In this document: positions 17,324-28,550 of the stretch, piece by piece | How positions within the stretch are numbered: position 1 is the first letter of the stretch | Layout: every line of letters begins with the position of its first letter | Position numbers and translations under genes: made by a program | Notes under the pieces: model-generated | What the model was told of the DNA's origin: nothing | Databases searched by the model: none | What the model saw: only the letters and a program-made list of their open reading frames with translations | Source of the DNA: a virus | Virus record (IMG/VR): IMGVR_UViG_3300030099_006533 | Reading direction: 5' to 3' (one strand) | Length of the DNA: 64,000 bases

Positions 17324-17993
17324 AAACTCTAAACAGTATTTTACAGTTGAGCACGAGCAGGCGATTATTAAATACGTTGCTACGCAAGACTTGAGGGAGC
17401 GCACATACCTGTACGAAAATTGGATAGGCCCAGCATTTTCAGAGATGGTCGATAAGATTTGCTACACTTATAATTTCACCAACTTGTCTAATGTAGATGA
17501 GTTAAGGGAAGAATGCAAGATTTGGCTAACAACAATTTTAGACAAATACGATGCTTCAAGAGGAAAAAAGGCATTTTCGTATTTCTCTGTAATTACAAAA
17601 AATTGGTTTATTCATAAAGTAAAGAAGCAGCAAAAGCAAAAGATAAGAGAAACAGATATTGATTCTGTACCAATGCAGACACAGTTGGATCATATGTCAA
17701 CTGTTAATCAATACATGCCACACAGAATGGAGCTTGAATTCTGGAACCTATTGTGGAAAGAGATGGAATCATGGGATGTCGAGACGATGAGGGGCAACGA
17801 GCGCAAGGTTTACGAAGCCATTAAGATTTTGCTAGCGAACCCAGACGACATCGAAATTTTTAACAAAAAAGCTATTTACCTTTACCTGCGTGAGATTACG
17901 GGCCTGAATACCAAGCAAGTTGTAAACAACTTGAACAAGATGAGGAAGCGTTATCGAACGTTTAAAGGTAAATGGGATCAAGGCGAGTTATGA
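17301..17993 (+). CDS. Phage RNA polymerase sigma factor (gp55-like, probably late)
   Basis: KYDASRGKKAFSYFSVITKNWF resembles sigma region 2 (gp55 NPFAYFTQI type); C-terminal helix-turn-helix-like segment; lies just before the structural module. Confidence 0.65.
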   Translation: MARRRRSKNSKQYFTVEHEQAIIKYVATQDLRERTYLYENWIGPAFSEMVDKICYTYNFTNLSNVDELREECKIWLTTILDKYDASRGKKAFSYFSVITKNWFIHKVKKQQKQKIRETDIDSVPMQTQLDHMSTVNQYMPHRMELEFWNLLWKEMESWDVETMRGNERKVYEAIKILLANPDDIEIFNKKAIYLYLREITGLNTKQVVNNLNKMRKRYRTFKGKWDQGEL

Positions 17994-18274
17994 AATTAGA
18001 TGACTACATTAACGAAGCAGTCGATAATATCAGAAATGATAGAGAGACTACCAAAGAGCTGTTGAACGATGCGATCAACTATATGAGCAGCAAGGCTGAC
18101 GCACACGAAACTGTGGGCCAAATCGCGGCCAAGTATGTAGAGACACTGCAGCGTTCCAATGAACAACTTGTAAAGGTAATGGGGCTTCTCCAAAAACGAG
18201 AAAACACGACTGATGCACTGTCTGAAAATGACAAGAAGGAACTGTTTGACTTAATAAGCTCAGGAGACGTATAG
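17990..18274 (+). CDS. Helical hypothetical protein
   Basis: ATGA coupling to the sigma gene; all-alpha coiled-coil-like. Confidence 0.75.
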   Translation: MKLDDYINEAVDNIRNDRETTKELLNDAINYMSSKADAHETVGQIAAKYVETLQRSNEQLVKVMGLLQKRENTTDALSENDKKELFDLISSGDV

Positions 18275-18278
18275 ATAA

Positions 18279-19532
18279 ATGACCGTATACAAGCCCGGCG
18301 GCCTAAATCCAGAAGTTACTCGACACGGAGCAGACTTATATGAATATGAGGCTGATCGGTTCAATTTCTTAGCAGTAAATCGCATGAATCAAACAATGGT
18401 CGGGTCTCACACCCGCGATACTAATGCTGGAGTAATAGAGTATAAAGCAATTGTACTGACTTCTGCGCCACCACCGGGAGAAAACGAGCCTCGGACAGAT
18501 GGCGCAGTTAGATATAAATTTAAAATCAGAATCCCCGAGCTTCATTCAGCGTTGACAGATCCGTGTACTAGCTTGGCAGAGTTTCCTGGCGCCGTCGAGG
18601 ATTTACCTATTGAAGTACAAGACGCAATTGATAAGCACCCCTACGCTTATTCTTATGCAACGGTTCAACAAAATGAAAATGTTAGAGGCGCTGGCCAAGC
18701 TGTGATGCAGCCTCCTCGCCCTTCGGTAGGAGATATCGTTTGGGTAACGTATGAAAAATCACCTTCAGGAGGCCGTCAGGGTTCACCAAACTACAAGGCC
18801 ATGTTTCGACCTTCAGCCATCAGCTCTGAGGTCTTTGGCAACGCCGCGAACAACTTGAGAAATGGATGTGATACTATGGCGGAATTATTTGGTTCTGGAG
18901 ATACGACATCTGTAGGCGATCATCGTACTGGTGCATCGAGTAACGCCCCAACAAATCGCGCTCCACCCATCCCTCGGTCGCCCGCAGAGCGCGCCACATT
19001 AGCAAATAATTATGATAATGATGCTAGTTTACCAAATAAACAACAGCACGCACCCCTTTTGGCAGGATTACATCCAGATTTCAGACCAGTAGTTAAATCA
19101 TTTCTTTACAGGTGCTGGTCTGAAAAAACCATAAAGTTTAGATTAAACAGTTCCTTCAGAGATACGTCAGATCAGCAGCGTCTCCGCCGCGAGTGGATTG
19201 CAAGAGGCAAGACTGATCCTGAGCCGTCCGCGGGCTGGAGTTATCATTCGAATGGCTGGGCCCTTGATTTTAACCCAACGTTGTCAAGCGGTAAGATGCT
19301 CATGTCCCATACGAACAAAAACGAGTGGATTGATTCAGGGCTTGTTGCTATAGCAGAGCAAGAAGGAATGCGTTGGGGTGGTCATTGGCGAAACTACGAT
19401 CCAATTCATGTTGATTGGGGCGCTACACATAGCAAAGAAACTGGCAAATCGTTTTATGATGCTGCATCGGCAGCGAACACAGATCCGAATGATTATACGT
19501 TTGCAGATTATCGAAACAGTGCACAGGTTTAA
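18279..19532 (+). CDS. Baseplate gp5-like OB-fold fused to an M15 (LAS) zinc peptidoglycan peptidase
   Basis: N-terminal KIRIPELH..PSVGDIVWVTY; C-terminal SSFR, H-x6-D (HSNGWALD), RWGG.W...DPIH. Confidence 0.75.
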   Translation: MTVYKPGGLNPEVTRHGADLYEYEADRFNFLAVNRMNQTMVGSHTRDTNAGVIEYKAIVLTSAPPPGENEPRTDGAVRYKFKIRIPELHSALTDPCTSLAEFPGAVEDLPIEVQDAIDKHPYAYSYATVQQNENVRGAGQAVMQPPRPSVGDIVWVTYEKSPSGGRQGSPNYKAMFRPSAISSEVFGNAANNLRNGCDTMAELFGSGDTTSVGDHRTGASSNAPTNRAPPIPRSPAERATLANNYDNDASLPNKQQHAPLLAGLHPDFRPVVKSFLYRCWSEKTIKFRLNSSFRDTSDQQRLRREWIARGKTDPEPSAGWSYHSNGWALDFNPTLSSGKMLMSHTNKNEWIDSGLVAIAEQEGMRWGGHWRNYDPIHVDWGATHSKETGKSFYDAASAANTDPNDYTFADYRNSAQV

Positions 19533-19545
19533 AAGGATATAAGAT

Positions 19546-20610
19546 ATGGGAATTACTGGAAAAGGCCGGACTGAAGGAGCTTATAGAGAGGGCCTAAGCG
19601 ATACCCGGCAAAATGAACTAGATGAAGCGCTAGCAGATCCGCGAGAATCTGGACAATCAGAAGCTGCAGCCCAAGAGCGCCGCGCCCCGGTGGAGGGCTT
19701 TAACTGTCAGACGATGATTGAGCCCATCCCCACATTTGACGTTGCTCCTTGTGAATCAATTATCTCTGGAAAAAACAATTCATGGATTGTTCTTGGCCGA
19801 GACCGCCCCTCCGGCCGCGCCTCTGGTTACGGTGGAGCAGGGCACTCTCACTGCGGTACTATCGATTTGGTTGTAGGTAGAGGTTCAAGTAAAGGAAATG
19901 GGCTACTAACCCCCGCCGGCGCAGCCGATGACGATATTGTTGCACCGAGCATGTTTAACGACGCCGCCCGAGTATATATTTCACAAAAAACAGATTGTGA
20001 TAAAAACTTTGGCCTCTCACCCGGAACACAAGGCAACTATACTGCACAGTCAGCGGTTGTAGCAAAAGCCGATCAAATCCGACTCGTTGGCCGCGGCGGC
20101 ATTAAGATTATCACAGGCCGCGCCAAAAACACACAAGCTGGCCCCGGTGGAGAAAAGATGTCCCACGGTGCTAAAAATATTAGGCCTGCCCCCAAAATTG
20201 AACTAATAGCTGGCAACCAGCTGGGCACTTCCCGACACTTTTCACTCTCCAAAGGCTTGTTTACTGTTGAAAGGATTCAACCTGCTGTAGCTGGAGATAA
20301 TCTAGTCGAGGCTCTAGACGAACTAATTGGGTTAGTAAATCAGCTTCAGGGGGCCGTTGTCAACTTGGCTAAAGAGCAGACGATTATGAACATGGTAATG
20401 GCAGTACACACGCATCCAAGTACGCCCTTCTATACGATGCCCTCACCAGAGATGGCAAGTGCGGGTATTCAAAACATTATAAAGATGTTATCAGACGTTC
20501 ACCTACCTCTCTTTTCACAAAAGATCAATACCATGTTTTACAAATTAACCTATTTACAAGTGTTCGGAATGCGATATATCAACAGTTCGACAATTATGAT
20601 ATCGCTATAA
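19546..20610 (+). CDS. Baseplate central spike protein (gp5 C-terminal/gpV-like)
   Basis: Beta-rich IVLGRD/IDLVVG/ARVYIS/KADQIRL repeats, coiled segment and HTH tip motif (VHTHP, 20404-20418). Confidence 0.6.
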   Translation: MGITGKGRTEGAYREGLSDTRQNELDEALADPRESGQSEAAAQERRAPVEGFNCQTMIEPIPTFDVAPCESIISGKNNSWIVLGRDRPSGRASGYGGAGHSHCGTIDLVVGRGSSKGNGLLTPAGAADDDIVAPSMFNDAARVYISQKTDCDKNFGLSPGTQGNYTAQSAVVAKADQIRLVGRGGIKIITGRAKNTQAGPGGEKMSHGAKNIRPAPKIELIAGNQLGTSRHFSLSKGLFTVERIQPAVAGDNLVEALDELIGLVNQLQGAVVNLAKEQTIMNMVMAVHTHPSTPFYTMPSPEMASAGIQNIIKMLSDVHLPLFSQKINTMFYKLTYLQVFGMRYINSSTIMISL

Positions 20611-20625
20611 TTTATAGGATTAGAA

Positions 20626-23600
20626 ATGGCAGAAGATACTTCTAGTTCAGAAACTACAGAAGAAACAGAAACATCATCCGAAGAACCAAGCTTCATTGAC
20701 TATCAAACGATTCCAACGTATGAAAGTCAATGTGTGCCTGAAGAACCCGGCCCAGCTATACCTGTGGTCGATTGTCCGACGTGTGTTCCAAATCCTGCTG
20801 CTCCAAACATTGATTGGACTAAGACGACTGAAAATGAACCATTCTTAAACAAAAGAAAGTGTACATATTCAATCAATCTAAGAACGAAATACGAAGGAAC
20901 TGGTGGTGAGTCCACCCTTCAGGCCCGCCTCGATGAATATACCAAGGCGGGAGCGATTAGACTGTTAGCTCATTTTAATAAAGCTTTGGACGAAAACACG
21001 GTAGCTATTGCTACTAAGCTAGCAGGCGCCACAGATCACTTTATTCCTCCCCGCCGCAAATTGAAAATGCGAGTCTTGATCGAGATTCCCGCAAATGAGT
21101 TTGACATGTTGCCAAACTCATCCGATGTTCCCGAGATCTCACCAGAAATTGAAGAGGCTATTCCTCCGCGAGAGGTTGTACAGACTGGTGAAGTTGAGAT
21201 GCAAGACTTCGACCAACAAGTTGACAAACTTGTCGAAGGCCTCCGCGTGTACGCTAAGTATCAAGCAATCTATTACCAGACACAGAGAGGATCAATTAGG
21301 TTTCCAGGGGGTGCTCCAGTCAACTTAAATACAGAAGCGGATTATCTGCGCAAGGTAAAGCCTATTCTGTACGAGTTTTTAAGGACTAAGGGATGGGTAC
21401 TCAGAGAATCTAGAGGAGAATCGGGGCGAGCTAGTTCGGATACCGGTCTTAAAGAAGCAAACAATGTAGAGTTTGGCTTAGCGGAAGACGGCACCCTTGA
21501 ACGGATCATTGTTACAGCGCATGGTTCTTGCCGAGAAACACCATCAGAGTATAAAGCAATTCAAATTTCTTCTCTTAGAGGAACTGAGCCATTTAATCGA
21601 CCCACTACGTTACATTGGCTAATAAACATTCAAGAAGCTGTCGGGGCCCTAATTCAACGACAAGGCATGATGAAGTGGACCGACTTCGCACAAAAGTTTG
21701 TTTTTCCAACACCTGTTATTAATCAAGGCGCCGACATGACAAGTGCTGTCTCCGCTATAGCTTCAGCTGCAGTCGGGCAAGCTACAGAAGCAGATCTTGA
21801 TGCTATTACAAATGCTGTCGGAAAGATGACAGAAACTGAAAAAATTGAAGCCAAGACTCCGGGGTCGCTTCAAAAAGTTGGTGATAAATTAAATTCAGTC
21901 CGCAGAAGTATGGGAATCCCAGATGCTGAAACCATTGGAGATCACTTAACATCACCGGCTCCCCGTGAAAGAACACTTACAGAAGGTGCCTTTGCTGAAG
22001 TGGAAAGAAATGCCGACCAGTGGCCATATAAATCAACAGATCCAAACTCTCCAACCTACAGAGGCCCCCAGCAAATTTGGGATCCCACTCTCAATGACGG
22101 CGCCGGCGGCTATAGAATGGAGTCAGAAAGTGAGGCGCACAATCGTTCTAATGCAAATCTAGCAGCAGAAAATGCCCATTTAGTAACTTCAGGTCAATTA
22201 ATTGAAGGCTTATGTGACGATCCGCTAGGTGCAGTGGGCCAATATTTTGCAGATTTGGGTGACGATTTTATGAACGAACTGTTCAGCATTTGGGATGCTG
22301 TAATGTACCAGTTCCATAACTTTATTTGTATGTCCCCAGAAGAACGCGAGGAGATGCTTCAGAAATTAAAAGACGCAAATTCTGAAATGATGTCTTCTGC
22401 TGTGCGGGAAGCTTTGAAAATTTTTGTTGGCTTTTTCGAAATGCTTAATACTCTGCAGTATAACTTAGCAGAGATTCAAAACATTGAAGGGCTTTATAGA
22501 AAAGGACTAGATGAGATTACTTTCTGCGGCCTATTTGACCTTATGCTGGCTTTCTTGGATTGTCTCATGCAAGGCTTTGCGCTCGATGAGGTCCTTGAAG
22601 TACTAATCGCTGCCGCTCTGGCTTCAATGCCTGCGGTGGAACTTGAAAAAGTATTTGTTGGCCTACCTCCCGAAGATCAAGCACAAATTCTTGCGAAGGT
22701 CGAAGCAGCAATTGGTGCGCACACACTTCCATGGCAATCCAAGGTAGGAGATCCCGACCCTGTAGCAGAAGCACCCTTTAGCAATAGGCCATCTATGGGC
22801 AATAAGGGCTCCAATATAGCTTGGGGTGGCCCAGGTAGTCCTGTAGCGAAAGAGAAAGCAGAATCAAGACAATCTCAGACTGCTGTAACTCCGGCCCTCC
22901 AAGCTCTTGCCCGCGGCTTTGAGGACGCCATGAGAGCCTCTATAAAGATTGCAAGAGAGTTTGAGACAAAAGTAAGGCAAGAATCAATCGAAGATCCACA
23001 CGACACCCGCCCAGCAGCGACTATTGTCGATGATGTTAGGACCGAGTACTTTTCTGGAGAAGAATATTTTGGACTAGGTTATTATATCACAGACAGCTTC
23101 GAAGTTAGTGTTACGGATCAAGCAGCAATGACTCATGTATTGTCAATAGGGCAGCACGCTAACGCCTTAGCAGGTTACTTTACCGAGTATGAGATCGAGG
23201 GTTACAAAGACGCGGGAATTACGGGAGAACAGATCGCGTCAGCATCTGGTGATTATATCTCCGCTTTACAAGATTTAATCAATAGAGTCAACAGCGCGCA
23301 TACAGTCACAAACTCAACTGATGGCTCCGTCGACACCCCTGCTGGTCCTTGGACTGGGTCTGAATCAGATGACCCATTCCCCGATAAGTCAGATCGATGG
23401 AAGAACGAGTACTACGCAGAGTATTCAAGATCGCTTGGCGCCCTACAAGCCGAAGCAGAGTTGCTGCCAGAACCAGCTAGGTCAGAACAGTTAGCTGTTG
23501 CTGAAGCTGGCGCAGACACGGCCGCTCGTCTATATGCCGATTCTATTGAGGCGCTCGATAAAGGAAGAATCGGAGACCCAGGACCCTTTGGTACTCGCGG

Positions 23601-26600
23601 CTCACTAGGTGCAGCACTTGGTGGAACTGTTTCGGTTGTTCTTCAAGAATATATCAAGGCCATTCTCGAATATTACTCAGAAAAAGGCTTTGATGCTTTG
23701 ATGGATGTGTTGGAAGACCTACCCGGCGCCGCCATCGTTGCAAAAATTATTGCCCTTCTTGATTGCGCAATTCCGCCTCTTTGGGATCCGCCACTGCTTG
23801 ACTTTCTAAATACTCTTGAAATCGACTTCTGCAACATGGTTCTTAGGTTGGTAGCCCCGGGCCCGCCCAATCTACAGATGCCAAACTGGAAAGATTTCTT
23901 TAGAATCTTATTGCTGATAGCGTATCAAATCGCAATTTACATTATCTTTAGGTTGTTGTTGTGGCTGTTGACAAAGATCGTGATGATTTTGTTTGATTCT
24001 TTGTGTTCAATGCTTGAAAAACTAGCAGAAGCAGCCATGAATGCTGTCGCAGATCAAGTTTGTGCTGAATTAAGTGAAGGTGGCGAGTTTGCTCAAAATA
24101 CTGCTATTGCAATGGAGGCTGCCGGTCATTGTGAGGATCCTCCTCGTGGATTCCTTGACATGGTTAAAGGCGCCTTCTGCGGCCCTGACGCCACAGATGA
24201 AGAGGCACAAACAGTAGCAAATAACGCTATGAGGGGCCTAGGTTCTGTCACAGCTGCCGATGCTGCAAAGATGGCTAATGAAGGCGCGGTTACGCAACTT
24301 ATCGCAGACATTTCAACGGTGCTCACAGGTGGAGAGCTTACAAACTTGCTCTTGGGTAACTACGACCCAGTCGCGACCTCTCTTGTACAAGAAGTCGTAG
24401 AGTCAGAAAATCCAGTGTTTGCTTCTGTGCTCGGTTCCAACACACAAATTGCTGACTTGTTCAAAAACATTGGTAATCTTTTACCACACCAGTTCAAGAT
24501 GCAGCTGCGAGCTACACAGGACGAAATCCCGGCCGTCCGACCTGCAAACCCGATGCTGTGTAAAACTAAGGACGAACTAGATGAGTTTAGAAATCTAAGA
24601 GAACAAATCTTGCTGAGTAAAGACGGGACAACGCCAGAGCAGGCTCAGCAACAGTTTGATGCCATGCGCGGCCGCGCCCTTAACGATATCTCACAGATTG
24701 CAGACATTATGCAGGGCGGCGTTGAGAACTTTATTGAAAATAACATGCCTCCATATGTTGGAGAGCCCGATGAAAACGGCTGTATTCCAGCAGATGCTCT
24801 AGTACCACGCGATCCACCTTTGATGATGGATCTTATTGGAGCAGCAAATGAGGGACTATATGACATTGTTGGTCGCGCTTATGCTCGTGATATCAACGGC
24901 CGCGGCGGCTTTATGTCAATGATTCTGTCAGACACACTTGGTTTTCCATGGCGCCGTCACCAATTTGAGTCAATTTTTAATCGTAACGTAGTAGACTACG
25001 AAATGGAGAGCTTAAAACGATTTGGAATTGAAGACCCTGAAACGCTAGCTGGTACCGCTGCTGAACAATGGCTTAAGCCAATCTACCAGCGTGAACGTGG
25101 CCATTACCCAAAGTATGTCGGGCAGTATTTTAAAGAATATCTTAGGGACAGTAAGCACAATCCTGACGGGTATGTTTCTACATCTGAATTCACACCTACA
25201 GAATATTCATATTTTAATGTTGAAGATGTTCCGCTTGGTTCAATGATCGGACAAGGCGCATATCCTCGTGATGACAGAGGAAACTATATGGGCACAGAAG
25301 AGAATCCGTTTGTTTCTCCTGGCGCCAAAAGTCCCGATCTGGTACTAAAGTTTAGAGACAATGCTCGCGGAATCAAGCAAGATAACCTCAGCGAGAATCT
25401 ACAGTTTATTGAAGGGTTCAATCTTGAGTACGGTTCTTACATAATTGAAGATAACAATGAAACAGCAACACCCGTTACTAATATTGACAATGTATATCAT
25501 CTACGAGTTGTAGATGTCACAAATCCATTCATGAACCTTCCAGCTGGGTTTGCGACCGCTTCGGCAGAGCCTGACTTCGATATTACACAAGGAGTAGAAG
25601 ATGTTCGGTTTGAACTAACAATCACAGGCAGCTTAACAGAAGAAGCAGAGGCTTTAAGAAATACACATACACTTGATACTTTGCCTTTGTCGCCACAAAT
25701 TAATTGCTGGAACGACTTTTTGCATAAAAAGTATAGTTCTTTGGGCCTGACCGATGAACAGGTAAATCAATTTAACGCCAGTCTGCCATTTGCAGGTTCT
25801 GCTGACACCGGCTATACCGGCCACAAAACTCACGACAACATGATGAATACGCTGTTAGACTATTTCGCAAACATGATTGCGGGCAACAGTGAGGCATACG
25901 AATATGGATTTACTCCCGGCACCGACGATGATTTAACAGCCACAGATAAAATGTACATGAGTCCTGACGGCGACAAGCCGTTTATGAACTATATCCTAGA
26001 AGACCTAGCGCCTGAGTTAGGAGACTCTTATATGATTTTTGGAAGTTTACCTAACATCAAAAAGATTAGCAAGTACATTGAAGACAATCAGATTATGGGC
26101 CAATCAAACCACGCCAGGATGCACTTCTTAAATCCAGCAGATCATGGTGGCTCATGGCTTCGTCCGCCTTATTACATTGAGCCTCCGAAATATGAGGGCT
26201 GGCTTGGAATCAGGGACTTGTTATTGCCAGAGGTAGACGGCAAGGAACCCAAGCGGTATCCAGTCTGTAATTTTGAAGATATCAAAGAAAGGGTGGATGA
26301 ATTAACAAAGAAGATGCCCGATGATCCTAGACTAGCAGAATGCCCAGACTGTGTTATTGAGCTTCCGTACTCTAGAATTTTAGACCGTTCCTCTGCTGCC
26401 GGTATGGAAGGCCCCATCATTGCAATGATTAGAATTTATTGTGTTGAAGAGCTGATCAAGGCGATGCCAATGTTTAGTAAGTTCAAGGCAAAAATTCCAG
26501 AGGTATTGGATTACACATACGTTGAATATATTCTTGCTACGATGAAGGAAGACTTCATGCAGAACCTGAGTCGCAAGGGCGGCTTCCTTCGCGGCGAAGC

Positions 26601-28530
26601 TTTGTGGTACACTTTCCTTGAGCAATGCGTACAGTCTTTTGCAAGGCAGATGCAGTTAGATGGTCGAGAGGTTAAGCCTGAAGTTCAAAAAGCAATTGAC
26701 GCACTAAACGCACTGCAAGAAGACTTCCACTATCCGTCAGAAGACGATTTACACAAATCAAAGATGAAGTCAGGGCTAAATCCATGGAGAAAGTTTGGGA
26801 ACATCGAACTTCCAGTACCGATTGATCCAACAAAATTTGATCCTGAAGTTATCTTCGGAAGAAAAGTGGGCCTTACTACTAAACTACACGTTTACCAAAG
26901 GTGGCATTTGCTACAAGCAGTCAAAGATACTGAAGAACATGCAAATGTAATTGTAAGAGTTTTGATTGAAGAGCAATTAGAGTACATGGCCGAAAGGTTT
27001 GTTATGGCGATGTCGGAAGGCTCTCCAATTCCAGGCTTGGTGCCAGATATTGATAATATTTATGAATATTTTATTGGCGAAAGCGGCTTCGTTGCAGGTC
27101 ATTCTGAATATAGCCTTAAAAAATCAGACCAGCCGCTAGAGTCTCCCAAGATATTTGATGTAGGCGCCTCGTTCTCCCCAAGGGCCCTACCCGGCTTAGA
27201 CTCCGGTGTTGTGCCAATGACTAATCCGCTTGAGCAGTATGAAACAAATATCGACACAGACAAACTAGATGTTCAAGTAAAAATCAATGATGACGGTTAC
27301 TATTCAGTAGGCTCGTATAAATCCAGATTTACAAATGGCGAGTTCTTTTTAGAAAAGTATGTTCGTGTAACCGACAAGAACGGAATGGGAATGACTGTTT
27401 CCTTGCCGGATGAAATTACCAACAGGCCTGAGCACATAGATGGCGTGGTTAATGTCAAAGAGTGGAAGCAGTGGCTTGAGAGCATTTCAGAACAATATGG
27501 CGATAATAAACTATCAGACTTCTTTGGCAATCTAGAATTTACATACGCAAATGATAGACAGGGCAATCCAACGGAAGAAGTGACAGGAATCGAGGGCGAA
27601 ATGGGAATTCGTTACGGCCTAAGACTATGTTACATCCCACCAGAATCGTGTGTTGAACAGCTTGATGCATTGTTCAAGTCGCTTAAAGAGTCTGAAAACT
27701 GGTCATACATTTATAATAATATGAAAAAGGAAAAGGCTTATTATGTCACTCCCGCAAACTTACAGCAGTCAGGTCTAAATGTTACGGGCATAACTCTTGC
27801 TGATGCCGAAGAGGGTTCACCCGGAGAGCTTACAGATGCCGCGGCCGATCAAGCTGCTTTATTAGATATCTGGTCTGGTGAACGAGGAACAAGTATTAGA
27901 GAAAATGAATTGCCGTACTTGTTGAAAAACTCAAAATATATTATCCCACTCGCTTCCGCAGAATATGACGCATTAGATCATACTATCAATCAACACATCA
28001 TGAACATTGATTTTGATATGGACTTGTATTGCCTAGGCCAAGATATTGTCAAGAGCCCTGAGTTTGAGATGCTATTCCAATATGTTTTCCCACTTAATCG
28101 CCTAGTATCACTCATGGGCATTTACACAAGTATGGGGTTTGTGATGTCAATTGGCGAAAAGACGCAAAAGATAGATCTAGAGGATATGCTGACCATATTA
28201 GGAAACGGAATCCCTGTACCCGACAATGAGGCGGGCGAATGGCACAACTACGCGTTCAGAGAGGCCCTAGGCGGCGGCTTCCTCATTACAGAGTCATTTG
28301 ATGACTGGGACATGGAGTTCTTTAAAAGAACAAAGCGTCGCCTAGTAAAGATGTTCCGGTCGTACTATAAGTCTCGCGATTGGCTAGACAAGGAAGATGA
28401 CGAGCAAACATCGAACGAAAAAGACCGTAGCAAGAACCGAGATGACAACTCTGGTAAAAAGAAACGAGGAGGCCGCAAGTTTAAGAGACGCCGTAGAGAT
28501 CGGCCATATAACAAGTTTGGAGAACTCTAA
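20626..28530 (+). CDS. Giant (2634-aa) virion-associated protein of unknown function
   Basis: Uninterrupted ORF inside the baseplate module; 33-aa hydrophobic stretch at 23896-23994; acidic N-terminus, Arg/Lys-rich C-terminus. Confidence 0.85.
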   Translation: MAEDTSSSETTEETETSSEEPSFIDYQTIPTYESQCVPEEPGPAIPVVDCPTCVPNPAAPNIDWTKTTENEPFLNKRKCTYSINLRTKYEGTGGESTLQARLDEYTKAGAIRLLAHFNKALDENTVAIATKLAGATDHFIPPRRKLKMRVLIEIPANEFDMLPNSSDVPEISPEIEEAIPPREVVQTGEVEMQDFDQQVDKLVEGLRVYAKYQAIYYQTQRGSIRFPGGAPVNLNTEADYLRKVKPILYEFLRTKGWVLRESRGESGRASSDTGLKEANNVEFGLAEDGTLERIIVTAHGSCRETPSEYKAIQISSLRGTEPFNRPTTLHWLINIQEAVGALIQRQGMMKWTDFAQKFVFPTPVINQGADMTSAVSAIASAAVGQATEADLDAITNAVGKMTETEKIEAKTPGSLQKVGDKLNSVRRSMGIPDAETIGDHLTSPAPRERTLTEGAFAEVERNADQWPYKSTDPNSPTYRGPQQIWDPTLNDGAGGYRMESESEAHNRSNANLAAENAHLVTSGQLIEGLCDDPLGAVGQYFADLGDDFMNELFSIWDAVMYQFHNFICMSPEEREEMLQKLKDANSEMMSSAVREALKIFVGFFEMLNTLQYNLAEIQNIEGLYRKGLDEITFCGLFDLMLAFLDCLMQGFALDEVLEVLIAAALASMPAVELEKVFVGLPPEDQAQILAKVEAAIGAHTLPWQSKVGDPDPVAEAPFSNRPSMGNKGSNIAWGGPGSPVAKEKAESRQSQTAVTPALQALARGFEDAMRASIKIAREFETKVRQESIEDPHDTRPAATIVDDVRTEYFSGEEYFGLGYYITDSFEVSVTDQAAMTHVLSIGQHANALAGYFTEYEIEGYKDAGITGEQIASASGDYISALQDLINRVNSAHTVTNSTDGSVDTPAGPWTGSESDDPFPDKSDRWKNEYYAEYSRSLGALQAEAELLPEPARSEQLAVAEAGADTAARLYADSIEALDKGRIGDPGPFGTRGSLGAALGGTVSVVLQEYIKAILEYYSEKGFDALMDVLEDLPGAAIVAKIIALLDCAIPPLWDPPLLDFLNTLEIDFCNMVLRLVAPGPPNLQMPNWKDFFRILLLIAYQIAIYIIFRLLLWLLTKIVMILFDSLCSMLEKLAEAAMNAVADQVCAELSEGGEFAQNTAIAMEAAGHCEDPPRGFLDMVKGAFCGPDATDEEAQTVANNAMRGLGSVTAADAAKMANEGAVTQLIADISTVLTGGELTNLLLGNYDPVATSLVQEVVESENPVFASVLGSNTQIADLFKNIGNLLPHQFKMQLRATQDEIPAVRPANPMLCKTKDELDEFRNLREQILLSKDGTTPEQAQQQFDAMRGRALNDISQIADIMQGGVENFIENNMPPYVGEPDENGCIPADALVPRDPPLMMDLIGAANEGLYDIVGRAYARDINGRGGFMSMILSDTLGFPWRRHQFESIFNRNVVDYEMESLKRFGIEDPETLAGTAAEQWLKPIYQRERGHYPKYVGQYFKEYLRDSKHNPDGYVSTSEFTPTEYSYFNVEDVPLGSMIGQGAYPRDDRGNYMGTEENPFVSPGAKSPDLVLKFRDNARGIKQDNLSENLQFIEGFNLEYGSYIIEDNNETATPVTNIDNVYHLRVVDVTNPFMNLPAGFATASAEPDFDITQGVEDVRFELTITGSLTEEAEALRNTHTLDTLPLSPQINCWNDFLHKKYSSLGLTDEQVNQFNASLPFAGSADTGYTGHKTHDNMMNTLLDYFANMIAGNSEAYEYGFTPGTDDDLTATDKMYMSPDGDKPFMNYILEDLAPELGDSYMIFGSLPNIKKISKYIEDNQIMGQSNHARMHFLNPADHGGSWLRPPYYIEPPKYEGWLGIRDLLLPEVDGKEPKRYPVCNFEDIKERVDELTKKMPDDPRLAECPDCVIELPYSRILDRSSAAGMEGPIIAMIRIYCVEELIKAMPMFSKFKAKIPEVLDYTYVEYILATMKEDFMQNLSRKGGFLRGEALWYTFLEQCVQSFARQMQLDGREVKPEVQKAIDALNALQEDFHYPSEDDLHKSKMKSGLNPWRKFGNIELPVPIDPTKFDPEVIFGRKVGLTTKLHVYQRWHLLQAVKDTEEHANVIVRVLIEEQLEYMAERFVMAMSEGSPIPGLVPDIDNIYEYFIGESGFVAGHSEYSLKKSDQPLESPKIFDVGASFSPRALPGLDSGVVPMTNPLEQYETNIDTDKLDVQVKINDDGYYSVGSYKSRFTNGEFFLEKYVRVTDKNGMGMTVSLPDEITNRPEHIDGVVNVKEWKQWLESISEQYGDNKLSDFFGNLEFTYANDRQGNPTEEVTGIEGEMGIRYGLRLCYIPPESCVEQLDALFKSLKESENWSYIYNNMKKEKAYYVTPANLQQSGLNVTGITLADAEEGSPGELTDAAADQAALLDIWSGERGTSIRENELPYLLKNSKYIIPLASAEYDALDHTINQHIMNIDFDMDLYCLGQDIVKSPEFEMLFQYVFPLNRLVSLMGIYTSMGFVMSIGEKTQKIDLEDMLTILGNGIPVPDNEAGEWHNYAFREALGGGFLITESFDDWDMEFFKRTKRRLVKMFRSYYKSRDWLDKEDDEQTSNEKDRSKNRDDNSGKKKRGGRKFKRRRRDRPYNKFGEL

Positions 28531-28550
28531 ACTATAAAATAAAAAAGCGA

